Shown here in pieces: positions 1 through 12,595 of a stretch of 64,000 nt of DNA. Source of the DNA: Blasia pusilla (taxonomy: Eukaryota); NCBI GenBank assembly GCA_050084515.1, contig CM114271.1:28768001-28832000 (forward strand). The letters run 5' to 3'. Made by a program: the position numbers and the translations under genes. The notes below the pieces were generated by a model. It was not told the DNA's origin, searched no databases, and saw only the letters and a program-made list of their open reading frames with translations. Numbering within the stretch: the first letter of the stretch is position 1; every line of letters starts with the position of its first letter.

Positions 1-479
1 AGTCCCCGGCATTGAGAAAGACTCTTATGAAGCTCTGCTCGAGAATCATTAACTTAATCCTAGATCTGGTGAGGGTTTCAAGGTCGAGTGTTAGAGCCGT
101 TTGGTAGAGTGGAAGAAACATTCTTCCACTCGAGGGGAAGAGGAGGCAACTATTTGCACTTTGCGAAGAGACGCCAACTCATATGAGTTGGCGACCTATG
201 CCAATTTCGGCAAGTATGTTGCCACAAATCATCTTTACTTTTACTTTGCCGATCATTTTTCATCTTCCCTGTTTTGCCCTACAATACTGAAATTCCACCT
301 AAAAATTTGCTGATGATGGGGGGTTGGTCTCTCTTGCACTTTCATGACTGATCATTGATGTTTTTATTTCCATCTTCACATCTTGGTTTGAAAGAATGTG
401 GTGCACTTTTTACTCTCTTTAAAAGCTTTCTTGCATTTGAAGTAGGGGTTAAACCTTAAAAAGTGATGAAAGTTTTGAA

Positions 480-579
480 GTGAGTTTAAGGATTTGGCAA
501 AAAAAATTTGAAGAGAGACTTTCCTCTCTCCCTCTCTTACTCTCCTCTCTTACTCTCTCCTGCCAGAATACCAGACCCC
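480..579 (+). repeat. Right terminus of the MULE-like family (CT-rich tract ending TGCCAGAATACCAG(A)CCCC)
   Basis: The same terminal sequence recurs at about 18850-18912 and 37330-37407, each time followed by unrelated flank. Confidence 0.7.
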
Positions 580-1096
580 AGAGCTTTGCAACCTGTGAAA
601 TTCTGATGGGTTGGAGAGAGATTTGTTTTTTTGAGCCTTGTTTGCGAGGCGCGATAAGAGGAGAGCAAGAGAGTAAGAGCGGAGAGAGGAAGAGAGGAAA
701 GAGGAAACTACCTTCAACCCAAAGAGATATTTTTTTTAAGAGAGTTTCCTGTGATTTGGAGAGAATTTCCGTTGGGTTGAAGAGAGGAAACTTTTTGTGT
801 GAATTTTTTTGCACTTTTCTTCTTAGTAAATGGTAAGTGGTAAATGGTGCTTAGGCACTCCCACAAATTTTTTTTTCCTCTTCCATATTTTGGCAACCTG
901 TCTCAATCCGACGGGTTGCAACTTGCACAAAATTTTAAAACCTGAAAAATCATTGGAATCATAAATGTGGAACAAATCACTTTTTCCATCCAAGATCTGG
1001 AAAAATTCTATCATTTTCCCTTGGCTGAATAGAGTTCAAGCTCAAAGTGAAGGTTCTCGCAAATGAAAGTGCAATCTAAGACCTCATTTTGCATCC

Positions 1097-2640
1097 TCAA
1101 AGTGGTTTGTTTAAAATACTTCGCACTTTTTTTAGGGACAGAATTGGTTGGTGGATTCCTACTTCTACCTCTGACTCTCTTAAAACTACAAGCAACACAT
1201 AGTACATGTGCTTACATGGGAAATACCTTTCCCCACTTGTCTCTCTTTGGACAAAGTCATCACATGAACATGTGAGAAAGCAACAGATGTGCACCACATA
1301 CACCCCTTTGACACTTGAATTTACAATGTTGTTCCTGACCCAATACATCCTTCCTATTCCATTGCCACTCTAAATGTCTTTTGTGGCTATGATTTCCATG
1401 TTTTCCTCCCGAGCTGATGCGATTCGCTTTGCTCTCTCCACCGTTGGCCTATACATTATGTTTCTTTTCACCTCATTTCTAGACTCAAACAAAAATAGTG
1501 GATTGAGATCATCCACCTTCTTCGGGTACATGTTGACATCAATCTTGGTGAATCCAAAATCCAAAGGTCTCTGTAATGCGAACATGCTCCGAACTGCCTT
1601 CGTCTATGAGTCTGAAACCGGCACTTGTAAGATTGTCCACTTCGTCCTAAGTGCAATTCGTACCTGCAGCAATGGGCCAAATCGTGGGGATATTCCCTGG
1701 AGCTCCAATGGCATCCGGATAAGACTTTTGGATTGCGCAGGATTTATTTGGGCAGAAGAAGTACTTCAATTGATCCTCGGTCCTAGTGAAACGGTCAAAG
1801 GTTTTGAGCCCCTAGAAGCCAGACAATTATCGTCCAGTCCTTGTACAGTTCCTATTTAGGAAAGTGCCGCATGCTCTCCTAATGCCATCAGATCCTCCCT
1901 TGCAAGTGGATCCACGTCCAGGGTTGCTTCGAGATATATGCCACCTTTTGAGGTTGCAATCCACCTCAATTATCGGAATCCCATACTGTTAAACTACCCC
2001 AGAGACCTGATGTTGCGAACTTCCAACAACATAGGGCTTTTGAAATAAAACATTCGTTGATTTTGGAGAAGTTACTTCTACTAGAATTTGGGAGCAATCC
2101 GGGGTCCTCGAATGCATGGGGGGTATAATGTCTTCATCCAAATCAATCACTGGGTTCATTCCTCGATGTTGCCTCTTCACTTGCCTGAAGTCAAGATACT
2201 TATATGGTCTCCACGAGTCTCGCTCGGATTGCTCTACCACCATCTGTATGCAACGTCTTGAAACACGCCCACGAATATCCCCACCAATATGGACATTTTG
2301 CTCGAGGGGAGTTCCTGCTACGTACCGATTGAAGGCTTCCACATAGGGTTTCTCATCACTAGATCTCAAAGCCGCTCTGACATAGAGCTCGTAAATCGAA
2401 GGTGCCTTTCCTTTAGTTGTGCCTTTTGTGAGGAAGATATGGGATGTTGCAAACTATAGCGTTGCCCTTGCCTAGTCTTGTTGGCATGCCTCCACAAGTG
2501 AAATTCTTTGGCATGCTTGTGACGACCTTTAGGAGGAATGAACACTCTCTGCTCAACTTGTGTTGGGGCAGAGGGCATTTTCATGAATGTTCAATCCCTG
2601 CAACGACGGAAATGTGAGAAGGGAACGAAAATAGCTCTAT
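1097..2640 (-). pseudogene. MULE transposase C-terminal exon with SWIM zinc finger (disrupted)
   Basis: ORF 1097-1348 has TCSCDDF...PCKHMYYV (SWIM CxC-x(n)-CxH). Homologous to 9900-11401(+); contains stops and frameshifts. Confidence 0.75.
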
Positions 2641-3164
2641 AAGTGAAGAAAAAAGAAACTTGTCGGAACCCGACGGGTTGCAAGTGGGAGGCATCCCATT
2701 AATGACTGTGTTATCCGTCAGATTCAGACGGGTTGCAAGGAACTTTGGCCACTCAGGGCCGGAAGATCCAAGTGCAAGTCATCAGAATATGACGGGTAGC
2801 ACATGGATTTTCCAGCCTCCAACTTGAAACAGGTTGCAAGTCGGAGGCATCCCTGGAATGTCCCAAGAACCTCCTACTGCAACCCGTCAAAATCGGACGG
2901 GTTGTGAGAAGCAGGCCGTTCAAGTCTGGAAAATCCTTGTGCAACCTGTCGGATTCCGTTGGCTTGCAAGAAGTGTCCACACATGAAGGTTTGCAATTTG
3001 TCAGAATTCGACGGATTCTAGTTAACTTGCACTGATGCAACGTGTCTGGGTGCGAGAAGTTGAAGACATCCCCAACTTTTCTGAATGCGAGGAGTCGGAA
3101 ACGGCCAGCACATCGCCGTCGGAAGGACAATTCGATCCAACCGTCAGCCCAACGGCTCAAAAAG

Positions 3165-3172
3165 TATAAATA
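3165..3172 (+). promoter_or_regulatory. TATA box of cargo gene (copy A)
   Basis: TATAAATA conserved at the equivalent position in copy C (16173-16180), upstream of the shared ATG. Confidence 0.55.
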
Positions 3173-3434
3173 GGGGAGAAATCGCTCATTTCCGGTTTTT
3201 CATTTCGCGATCTCAATTGCTCTCCCACGCGCTGACCAGATACCAAGGGGCACTTTACACGATGACTCATCGCGAGACGATCACAAGAGGATACGAGCGA
3301 ACGATCGCGAGACGGTTCGAGCGAAAAATCGTGAGACGATTCGAGCTACCCATCAAGGCGACTCATCTCCACATCAGCAAGGCGACTCATCAAGGGATTC
3401 ATCGTTCACATAGGTGGAGGCATTTCTGGGAAAA

Positions 3435-6400
3435 ATGACGAGGAAAAAATCTCAAGCAAACAAGGCTGGGAGCTTCACTCCCAAGTCCATGAGGACTCCC
3501 GCGTCACCATCTCCAGGGCCTCGTTCGGCCAATGAGATAAGGCAGCAAGAAATCGAGGAGCGGGAAAGGGAAGCGGGGATGCACAAGCAAGAGATTCTTG
3601 CAAAACGTGTATAGGAGGTGCTTGAAAAACAGAACGCAGAGGCAGAGGCGTCGCAGGCCTTGAAGAAAAGGGTCACCGACGAAAACCGAGAAAAGAAGCA
3701 TCTAGACGCGTCGGTGAGGAGAGCAGAATTGGCTAAAGCTCGGAGGGAAAAAGCAATAGCCATTGAAGAAAGCCCTGCCCGTCCAACCAAAAGTGTTGAG
3801 ATGCGGGAAATGGCCCCGATGAAGTCCGGGGACACAATCAATATACCCGAAATGGCCAAAGTTCAAGTCACGGACGATGAGGTCATGAGGACCGCCAGCG
3901 TGGAGATGGTGGACATCGCTGAAGAAGCAGGAGAGCAATCATCCTTGTCTCTAAGCCCGGCAGAAGAAATCGACCTCTATCGGATCGCAGTATCGGTGGA
4001 CTTGCCATTTCTTTGTCTCGAAGCGGTTGGATTGGTGGCCAAGACACCGATCCAATCTTCGAGCGGGTAAGAGAGGATCTGTGTTTTTTGAATTATGTGA
4101 AGGTCCATGTTGCAATTCATTGGCAATTCAATGTAGCTTATTGATCTTGTCCCCGTTGTGACAGGTGGTAAAGCAGATGGCATTGATGGAGGGCCACAAC
4201 GCCTCGAGAATTCCACTATGCCGATTACGGACAATGGAGAACGTCTGCGAAATTCAGTCTAACAAGGATATTGCAAAGCTCAAACAATCGGTGGCGATAG
4301 CATCCTACGTCGACAACTTCCCTCCGTTCTATGTTCAGCCTTACAATGACCATGGAACCCAAGCGCTGGTTACGGAGGAGGACTTGGAATCGCTTGACAC
4401 ATTTTGGAGGATGAGAGATCAGGAATTCAGAAGGGCGATAGGGGGGACGGAATTCAGGTGGATGAGGAACCTGTATTTCTTCATCTGGGATGGAAATCAC
4501 AGGTTCATGGCGTGGACAAAGTTTGCAGAGGAGCGCTCAAACTCCTTGGAGGCATATTTTTGCATGAAGGCAATGGTGCTTCATCCATACCCTCATCACA
4601 TGGCAATGGTGGAGATGGCCATGCATGCCATGAACACGTAAGTTTCTTCTTGCTGCAAACCGTCGGACTCCGACAAGTTGTTTGAGTCGCCACTATTTTT
4701 GGGATGTTTTTGGCCAAAAGCAACTCGTCGGACTCTGACGAGTTGCTCGATTAATCATTGGTTTAGGATGTTTTTGGCCGAAAGCAACTCGTCGGAGTCC
4801 GACGAGTTGTTCGACTGACCATAGGTTTAGGATGTTTTTGGCCCAAAGTAACTCGTCGGAGTCCGACGAGTTGCCCGACTGGCCGCATTTTTTGGATGTT
4901 TTTTGAAGAAAGCAACTCGTCGGAGTCCGACGGGTTGCTTGACTCGAAGCTGTTTTTGGAGGTTTTTTTATGTTTATGGCTGAAAGCAACTCGTCAGAGT
5001 CCGACAGGTTGCATTTGGAAGTTGGGAGCTACATTTTTGGCATCAAATTGCAGCTTTCATTGAAATTGCGCAACCTGTCAGACTCTGACGGGTTGATTTG
5101 TTCACTTTTCTCGTGGTAACCACTATGTAAATACGGACTATCTGACAATCCGTCGGAGTCCGACGGGTTGAAACTAGGCAATCACAAATCTGAATGCAAT
5201 CCGTCGGACTCCGATGGGTTGCAAAATTTAGCTCGTTGCTACAATCCGACCTTGAGCTATGACGACCTGTCGGAGTTTGACGGGTTGCAAGAACCCATGT
5301 ACCTTACAAAATTTCTTATATTGAGTTTGGATGTGCAGGATTGTATAGGAGGGGAATGTCACCCACCACTCGATCCAGGATTGAGATCGGATGAAGAAAG
5401 TGCTCACGACGCACCCGGCAGAGTACAAGGGGTTCTTGGGCGACGCCCTTGTAAATGAGATGCTGGCAAAGGGTGCACAAATCAAAAAGAAGACTTGGGC
5501 AAATAAATTTATTTCCCAAGATGCAGCCGTCACAATCCTTTGTTGGTCGAAGATACAGGCCGCCAAGAAGAGCGTTGCATTGGAACTAGAGCGGAGGGAG
5601 AAAGTGTCTGTGTCTGAGCGTGCAAAATTCATCCAAGCTACAGTATCTGCAGCTACAAAGTACACGGCAAGCAAGATCAAGCGCTACATTGCCATTTTCA
5701 ACCCCGAACTTGAACCTGATTTCTACAAGGAGCTGAAGGCGATAATCAAGCGCCAGCGGAAAAGGGATGAAGATCCGCAAGGTCGGATTGGGGAGAAAGT
5801 GTCTCTCGATCGCGTGCATCGATTTGCCTTGTCTGGAATAAGCGAATTTAGGAGGGCACAGAGGCCCAAAAGAGGATGGCACACCATCCTCCGGGTATCT
5901 CTGATCCAGTGATCACCTATTGGCTCCGCAAATGGTCGTTCTGGGACGCGTTGCGGCTTATCGGAAAGTCCATGCTCGACGGTCTCCAAGCGGAGCTGAA
6001 AAGAATAGAGCCACTTCCAGAGGAAGAAAACCTAGAGAGTGCTGATGATTTTGAACTTTGGCTCGATGACATCCGGGACAAGCCCATAAAAAACCCAGGT
6101 TTTAGGACGATGTTCAAGGAACGCATCCTCCCTCAAGCAGACCTTGACGAAGAAATCGAGGCGATAAAAAGGGATTTCGCAAAGAAGAAGCAAGATCTTG
6201 ATGAGAAGCGGCCGTCGATTCGACTAAGAGCGCCCAACGCATGGTGTTCGGTACCTCGTCCATTGTAAGAATGCAGTGCGTGGCAAAAATACCGGCGACT
6301 TTTTTGCAAATTATGGGCTTCTCCGCCTGATGGAGAGACATTTTCCATGTACGACACGTAGATGGCTCAGAGCATGTCCGATTGGGAGGTGGATAATTGC

Positions 6401-7118
6401 CCGATTTGGCTGGACTTCAACGACCCTGAGGACATAACCGAGAAAGATCTACGCCTACTTTATGATGCAATGGCGGCAGGTAGGGACGACATCCCCAATT
6501 TTGTGCAGCCTGAAGACTTTTTCGAAGGAGATGCGGAAGAGCAAGCCCTCAAGACAGTGGAGTTGGCTTCCAAAGTGCACGCAGCCAAAGACAAATCTAG
6601 AGCGGGTCTCAAAGGCAAGGCGAAGGGATCGAAGAATTCCGAGGCCGAGTCTTCCCAAAGAGAGGCTGAAGATTCAAGGCGATAGCCGGAATCATCCGGG
6701 CAAGCGGGGAGAGAGGGTCGGACCAGGTCCTCCGCAAAAAGAACCCCACCAAAGTCTGAGGTCATACAGACCCCAACAAGCCGACCGCAGACTCGGGAGA
6801 AGCGGAAGTGAGAGGCGCCAAGGTTGTCCCAAGGAGCAGACCAGGATGTGGAATACAGTCCATCATCCTTGGGAAGACATAGAGAAACAACGACCCGGAC
6901 AAGCGTCATCCTTCACTTCACGAATCTACTAGATGAGCTGAAAAGTTTCAGTTCCCAAGCGTCGACACCCGCCATCGAGAAATTGACAACGCTGGGACGG
7001 AAGCTTCAACGAAATGGGCACGCTCCCTGGATGGTCTATGGGGTGGTCGGAGAGGTGGCGGTGGATCTCTTGATCGCTGATTTGCCCTCGGAGTTGCGCT
7101 TGTGGGACGAGAATCCGT
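3435..7118 (+). pseudogene. ParB/Srx-like domain + amino-methyltransferase cargo gene, copy A (exons about 3435-4066, 4137-4637, 5339-7118; 3'-truncated)
   Basis: Charged coiled-coil N-terminus, then IQSNKDIAKLKQS...FFIWDGNHRFMAW (ParB/Srx DGxHR motif). Ends just after VDLLIADLPS (MTase motif-IV position). Introns lie at the same positions in copy C. Confidence 0.7.
4655..5290. repeat. Intronic array of the 27-bp palindrome GCAACTCGTCGGAGTCCGACGAGTTGC (about 64-bp period)
   Basis: Copies near 4720, 4783, 4848, 4912 and 4986 plus further degenerate ones; homologous array at 17735-18280. Confidence 0.9.
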
Positions 7119-7570
7119 TATTTCTAACTACCTAGATCTATGGTTCTCTTAGCTTTTCCTACGATCCCTGTGAATCCGCGGTACAAAACTGTTCTAACTA
7201 CCAATTTGATACAAAGGGTCGCGCCCTTTCCTAGTTTAACTGTTCTAACATGTGTCGCTTGAAATCACAGTCCTTCTTAGCTTCGCTTCGCTGGACTTCA
7301 TGAGGACAAAGTACTCCATGCTTCGTTCTTATTTCCGGTGCTTCATGCTTCGTTAAGTTTCGTTCTGAGTCTTGAGACTTTGTTATTGCGTTTTCCTCTC
7401 CTCTAAGGCAAATCCTTGATCTTCCATCTCTCTGCCTTGTCCCAGGAGCTTCGTGATTCACTTATTCTTCTTCATAATAATAAATAATCATAATCAAAAT
7501 CATAATATACAAGAGTCTTTGTTGAATAAAAAGATATATTCTTCAAGAGTTCAAAATTGTGGGTATCACA
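7119..7570 (-). mobile_element. LTR retrotransposon remnant: about 364-bp LTR (7570->7207, TGTGATA...TGTATCA) with downstream TGG-starting PBS-like sequence
   Basis: Minus strand reads tgtgatacc...tgtatca aat tggtagttagaac. It interrupts the transposase at 7570/7571. Confidence 0.55.
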
Positions 7571-10500
7571 TCATCGATGGTGCAGGCTTCAACAAACTAG
7601 TGCTTCAATTCCAGATGGTCCTTGGATTGTTTCTCGCCGCCAATGCGTTGGAGCCGTGGAGTGTAGAAGTCCAGCATGCTCGTATCTAGAGCGCAATGGG
7701 TGAGTCAATACGTCGCAATTCCCCCCTAAGAATGCAGAAACTCCATATGAGGTCGGTGCGACCATACCGCCGGGAGGCCCTCGATGTCCTCATTGTCAGA
7801 CATCCCCTTTTGGCGTTGGAGCGTGTCTTGCATACAAATTTTTCATTGTCCACCACTTCAATTCTACGTCAGAGTACACAAGGCTGGCAGTTCATGTTGG
7901 CTCCCACATTCATCCTGTTACCGGTGCAATTTAGAGACACATCAAGGAGGATTTGGCAAAGAAAGTGTCCGAGGTATATAGAAACTCTCCGCGATCAACG
8001 CCTAGAGTGATCAAGTTAACAACAACATCACAAATTAGTGAAAAACTGCTTGGAATCCCTGGGCAGGGGGAGATCACGGATGCTGAGGAGAAACAACTCT
8101 CGGAAAATCTCGCATTTCTCTCTGATCTTGAATGCGTCCAGAATTTGTTGCATCAAATACAGGTACTCAATGGAAAGACGGTCGAAATGGATGCCATTGC
8201 TAGAATCAAGGCCAACTCCACATTTGTATTTATTTAGAGATGCCAGTTCATGGGCTAGGGAGGCGAAGGATCCAGGGCTTATGTCTTCAAAATGTCAACG
8301 ACAGGGCCATCGAGTGGCCTCGATCTTATAGATCGAATGAGGGAAGGGGAAGATCTTTATGGCAGCTGGGTAAGCTTTGATATTTGCTACAGAGTGTTGA
8401 ATGGATGGTTGACCATGGGTGCTCACGTTTATAACCATGTGGAGAAGGGACTCATAACTATATTTGTCTGTGAGATAAAAGCAGAAGACGTTGGCAGTTT
8501 GAAGATATGTCGGTTACTCTTATTGGAGGTGGTGAAGGAAAAAAAAAGGCCACCTCCAGAAATTTATGGATTCATGGCGGACAATGCACAACCTGGGTGG
8601 ATTGCTATCAGGGAAGTGTTCTGGAGTGGACAGTTTCAACGAGAGAAGGAAAGGTCAGATGCTTTCCATTGGCAACAATCTGTGACCCGGTACACCAAAT
8701 CTTGCATCAAGGAGAATAAGAGGACAGAGCATGTCACTCTACTCCAATGCTGCAAGGACAGAAAAACCTTGAATGAGGCCATGGAGTGCCAAGAAGAGGA
8801 GGAAGCATGCGATTGAGGGGAAGTACAAAAAGTTGTGCTCTTGGCTCAGTTGGTGGACAGTACGAATGAGACTTCATGCGGCAGGTGAGTTCAGTTGTTC
8901 GTCATGTTGAGCTCATGCTGAGAATTTTTTGAAAAGTTGCTGCTCAAGTTGAGAAGCATCGGCACTTTAGGGATTTCAAACCAAAGAAACCAAACAACCG
9001 GCCAGATGCAACGGCTTGCCTAAGTGTGCAACCCGTCCGAAACCGACGGGTTGCCTGAGTGTGCAACGAGTCGGAAACTGACGGGTTGCATCAAGAATGT
9101 TTGCGACATGATGCACGAGGAATATTTGTGCAACCCGTCAGAACCCGACTGGTTGCATGAGTGTGCAACCTGTCGAATCCCCACGGGTTGCAAGTTGCAT
9201 GTATACAAGGTCTGCAAATAGTTCGACCAAGATGGGTTGCAAGCCGCAAGGCTGCGAGTTAACTCGGTCTGCTTACCGTCGGATTCCAACAAGTTGCATC
9301 TATCTGCAACCTGTGGGATTCTGACTAGCTGCATCTGTATGCGACTCCTCACATTCAGACACGTTGCGGCTGTCTCCAAGTCGCATCCAGACACGTTGCA
9401 TCAGTTCAAGTTAACTGGAACCCGTCGAATTCTAATAGTTGCAAAGCCTCGTGTGTGGACACTTCTTGCAAGCCAACGGAATCCGACAAGTTGCACAAGG
9501 ATTTTTGAGACCGGACCGGCATGCTTCTCACAACTCGTCCGATTCCCACGGGTTGAAGTAGTAGGTTCCTGGGTGCTAGGTTGCAATAAAAGGTTATTGG
9601 GACATTCCAGGGATGTCTCCGACTTGCAACCTGTTTCAAGTCAGAGGCTGGAAAATCTCTGTGCAATTCATCGGATTTCGATGACTTGCACTGGGATCTT
9701 CCAGCCCAGAGTGGCCAAAGTTACTTGCAACCCGTCTGAACCCTACAGGTTGCAGTAGGTGGTTCCTGGGTGTTGCAACACGTCAAAAATCGACGGGTCG
9801 CACAGTCATTCATGGGATGCCTCCGACTTGCAACCCGTTTGGTTTCGACAGGTAGCTTATTTCTTTGCTCATAGAGCTATTTTTGGTCCCTTCCCACATT
9901 GCCGTCGTTACAGGGATTGAACATTCATGAAAATGCCCTCTGCCCCAACACAAGTGGAGAAGAAAGTGTTCATTCCTCTTGGAGGTTGTCACAAGCATGC
10001 CAAAGAATTTCACTTGTGGAGGCATGCCAACAAGACCAGGCAAGAGAAATGCTATAATCTGTAGCATCCCATATCTTCCTCAAAAAAGGCATAACAAAAG
10101 GAAGGGGGCCTTCGATTTACGAGCTCTATATCGGGGCAACCGTGAGATCTGGTGATGAGAAACTCTATTTGGAAACCTTCAATCGGTGCGTAACAGGAAC
10201 TCCCCTCGAGCAAGATGTACACATTGGTGGGGATATTTGTGGGAGTGTTTCAAGATGTCCCATACAGATGGTGGTAGAGCAGCCCGAGCGAGACTCGTGG
10301 AGATCAGATAAGTATATTGACTTTAGGCAAGTGAAGAGGCAGCATCGAGGAACGAACCCGATGATTGATTTGGATGAAGAAATTACGCCACCCAGGTATT
10401 CGGAGACCCCAGATTGCTCCCACATCCGTGATGCAATAACTTCTCCAAAATCAGTGAAATATTTTATTTCAAAAGCCCTCCGTTGCTGGAAGTTCGCAAC

Positions 10501-11401
10501 ATCTGATCGCTAGGGTGGTTCAACAGTATGGAATTCTGGTCATTGAGGTGGATTGCAACCTCAAAAGGTGGCATATATCTCGGAGCAACTTGTAGGGTAG
10601 GATCTGATGGCATTAGGAGAGCATGCGGCAATTTCCTACATAAGAACTATACAATGACTAGACGACCACTGCCTGGATTTTGGGGACTCAAAACCTTTGA
10701 TCGTTTCACAAGGACGGGGGATCAATTGAAGTACTTCTTCTGCCCAAATGAATCCTGCGCTTTCCGAAAGTCTTATTCGGCTGCCATTGGAGCTCCAGGG
10801 AATACCCCCCACGATTTGGCCCATTTCCGCAGTTACGAATTGCACTCAAGACAAAGTGGAAAATCTTACAAGTGTCGGTTTCAGACTCGTAGACGGAGGA
10901 AGTTCGGAGCATGTTCGCATTATAGAGACCTTCGCATTTCGTATTCAACCCAAGATTGATGTCAACATGTACCCGAAGAAGGTGGATGATCTCAATCCAC
11001 TATTTTTGTTTGAGTCTAGAAATGGGATGAAGAGAAACAGAATGTGTAGGCCAACGATGGAGAGAGCAAAGCGAATCGCATCAGCTCCGGAGGCAAACAT
11101 GGAAATCATGGCCACAAAAGATGTCATGCATGGCAATGGAATAGGAAGGATGTATTGGGTCAGGAACAACATTGAAAATTCAAGTGTCACAGGGGTGTAT
11201 GTGGTGCACATGTGTTGCTTTCCCACATGTTCCTATGATGACTTTGTCTGAAGAGAGACAAGTGGGAAAAAGTATTTCCCTTGTAAGCATATGTACTATG
11301 TGTTGCTTGTAGTTTTAAGAGAGTCGGAGGTAGGAGTAGGAATCCACCAACCAATTCTGTCCCTCAAAGAAGTGTGAAGTATTTTAAACAAACCACTTTG
11401 A
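7571..11401 (+). pseudogene. MULE transposase: GCM-like Zn domain, DDE core, palindrome-filled intron (from about 8885), C-terminal SWIM
   Basis: WVSFDICYRV and GFMADNAQPGWIAIREVF...DAFHWQQS (MULE catalytic Asp residues and CxxH-position motif). Donor GCAG|GTGAGT at about 8885. SWIM (FPTCSYDDF...CKHMYY) at about 11220-11300. Confidence 0.8.
9020..9850. repeat. Palindrome cluster in the transposase intron
   Basis: Many degenerate TGCAACCCGTC..GACGGGTTGCA copies at irregular spacing; mirrored at 2660-3030 and 12800-13095. Confidence 0.85.
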
Positions 11402-11808
11402 GGATGCAAAATGAGGTCTTAGATTGTACTTTCATTTTCCAGAACCTTAACTTTGAGCTTGAACTCTATTCAGCCCACGGCAAATGATAGATTCTTCCTA
11501 GACCTTGGATGGAAAAAGTGATTTGTTCCACATTTATGATTCCACTGATTTTTCAGTTTTTTAAATTTTGTGCAAATTGCAACCCGTCAGATTCAGATTG
11601 GTTGCCAAAATATGGAAGAGGAAAAAAATTTGTGGGAGTGCCTAAGCACTGAAAACAAAAGTGCAACAAATTTCACAAAAAAGTTTCCTCTCTTCAACCC
11701 AACGGAAACTCTCTTCAAATCACACGAAACTCTCTTCAAAAAAAAGTATCTCTTTGGGTTGAAGGTAGTTTCTTCTCTCCTCTCTTCCTCTCCTCTTATC
11801 GCTCCTCG

Positions 11809-12590
11809 TATACAACTCGCTTCCAAAGCCAACTGCTCCAACTTCAGAGCCACCATTGATAGTGATACCATCGTCACTTCCTACAATTCCGAAAATTGGG
11901 AGGGCAAAGCCGACAGTAATTCTGGAAGAGCTCTCGGAGGATGACAAGTGAGTTCAAAGATTTATCAGAGCCAGCTTGACTAAAGCGTTTTGGAGTTGGG
12001 ATTTATTGGTTTCCAAGGGCGGACCATATATTGACAATGGATGGGTGTCACCTTGCAGAGCATATAAGATTTACTGTCAAAGAAGGCGTTGGGACTCAAA
12101 TCATCTTATATGGGACCGTTATGATGTACCTAGGGGGGGGGGGGCAGGCTAAGGCTCTCAAATTCCCCAACATTTATAATCCCCTTCTACAATCGGCCAA
12201 AGAAGCCACTTGTATCCCAAGACATTCCTTTTGTATAGGAACCCAGGAGAGTTAGGAGTAAATTTGTAGATGACGAGGCTGAAGAAATCATAGACAAGAT
12301 CAAATATACATTTCCAAGCTTCCCTTGGATGTAATAAAGGACAAGAAGTTTTTGCACCATGATGATTTTTGTAAAAATTTTCTGAATTGTTGTTTGTTCA
12401 TGTTGATTGTGTTGGTCTATCTACTCGATGTTTTTTATTTTGCATTCCGTTGGATTCCAACAAGTTGCAAACCAGGGAACCAACAACTGTTGGATTACGA
12501 TCTGGTTGCAAACTGGGGCTGTGGTTTTCAACCATAAAAATGAGGGACTAATGAGCAAGTTTGGAATTTCTCGGATTTTGACAAGTTACA
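11809..12590 (+). pseudogene. Remnant of the cargo-gene 3' end and downstream small ORF
   Basis: 11810-12000 matches 35355-35545. ORF 12031-12255 matches 35973-36260 (DGCHLAE.../DGCHIAE...). Confidence 0.7.
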
Positions 12591-12595
12591 GTTCT

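Larger units (their letters stand above)
646..7118 (+). mobile_element. MULE-like transposon copy A (left end, 3' part of transposase, internal deletion near 3060-3100, 5' part of cargo gene)
   Basis: Starts GAGGCGCGATAAGAGGAGAG, the left-end motif also at 18484 and inverted at 11807. 660-3055 is an inverted copy of about 9380-11807. 3100-5576 matches 16105-19003 and 6015-7118 matches 33183-34285. Confidence 0.8.
7571..11807 (-). mobile_element. MULE-like transposon copy B, inverted relative to A and C, truncated
   Basis: Left-end motif in reverse at 11790-11807. 7571-10005 is an inverted copy of about 12596-14255 and 9380-11807 an inverted copy of 660-3055. Confidence 0.8.

Noticed and set aside
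660-11807. 2.4-kb terminal inverted repeats of a single giant element
   Set aside because: The arms contain transposase exons and are explained by two oppositely oriented copies; no TSD links 646 and 11807.
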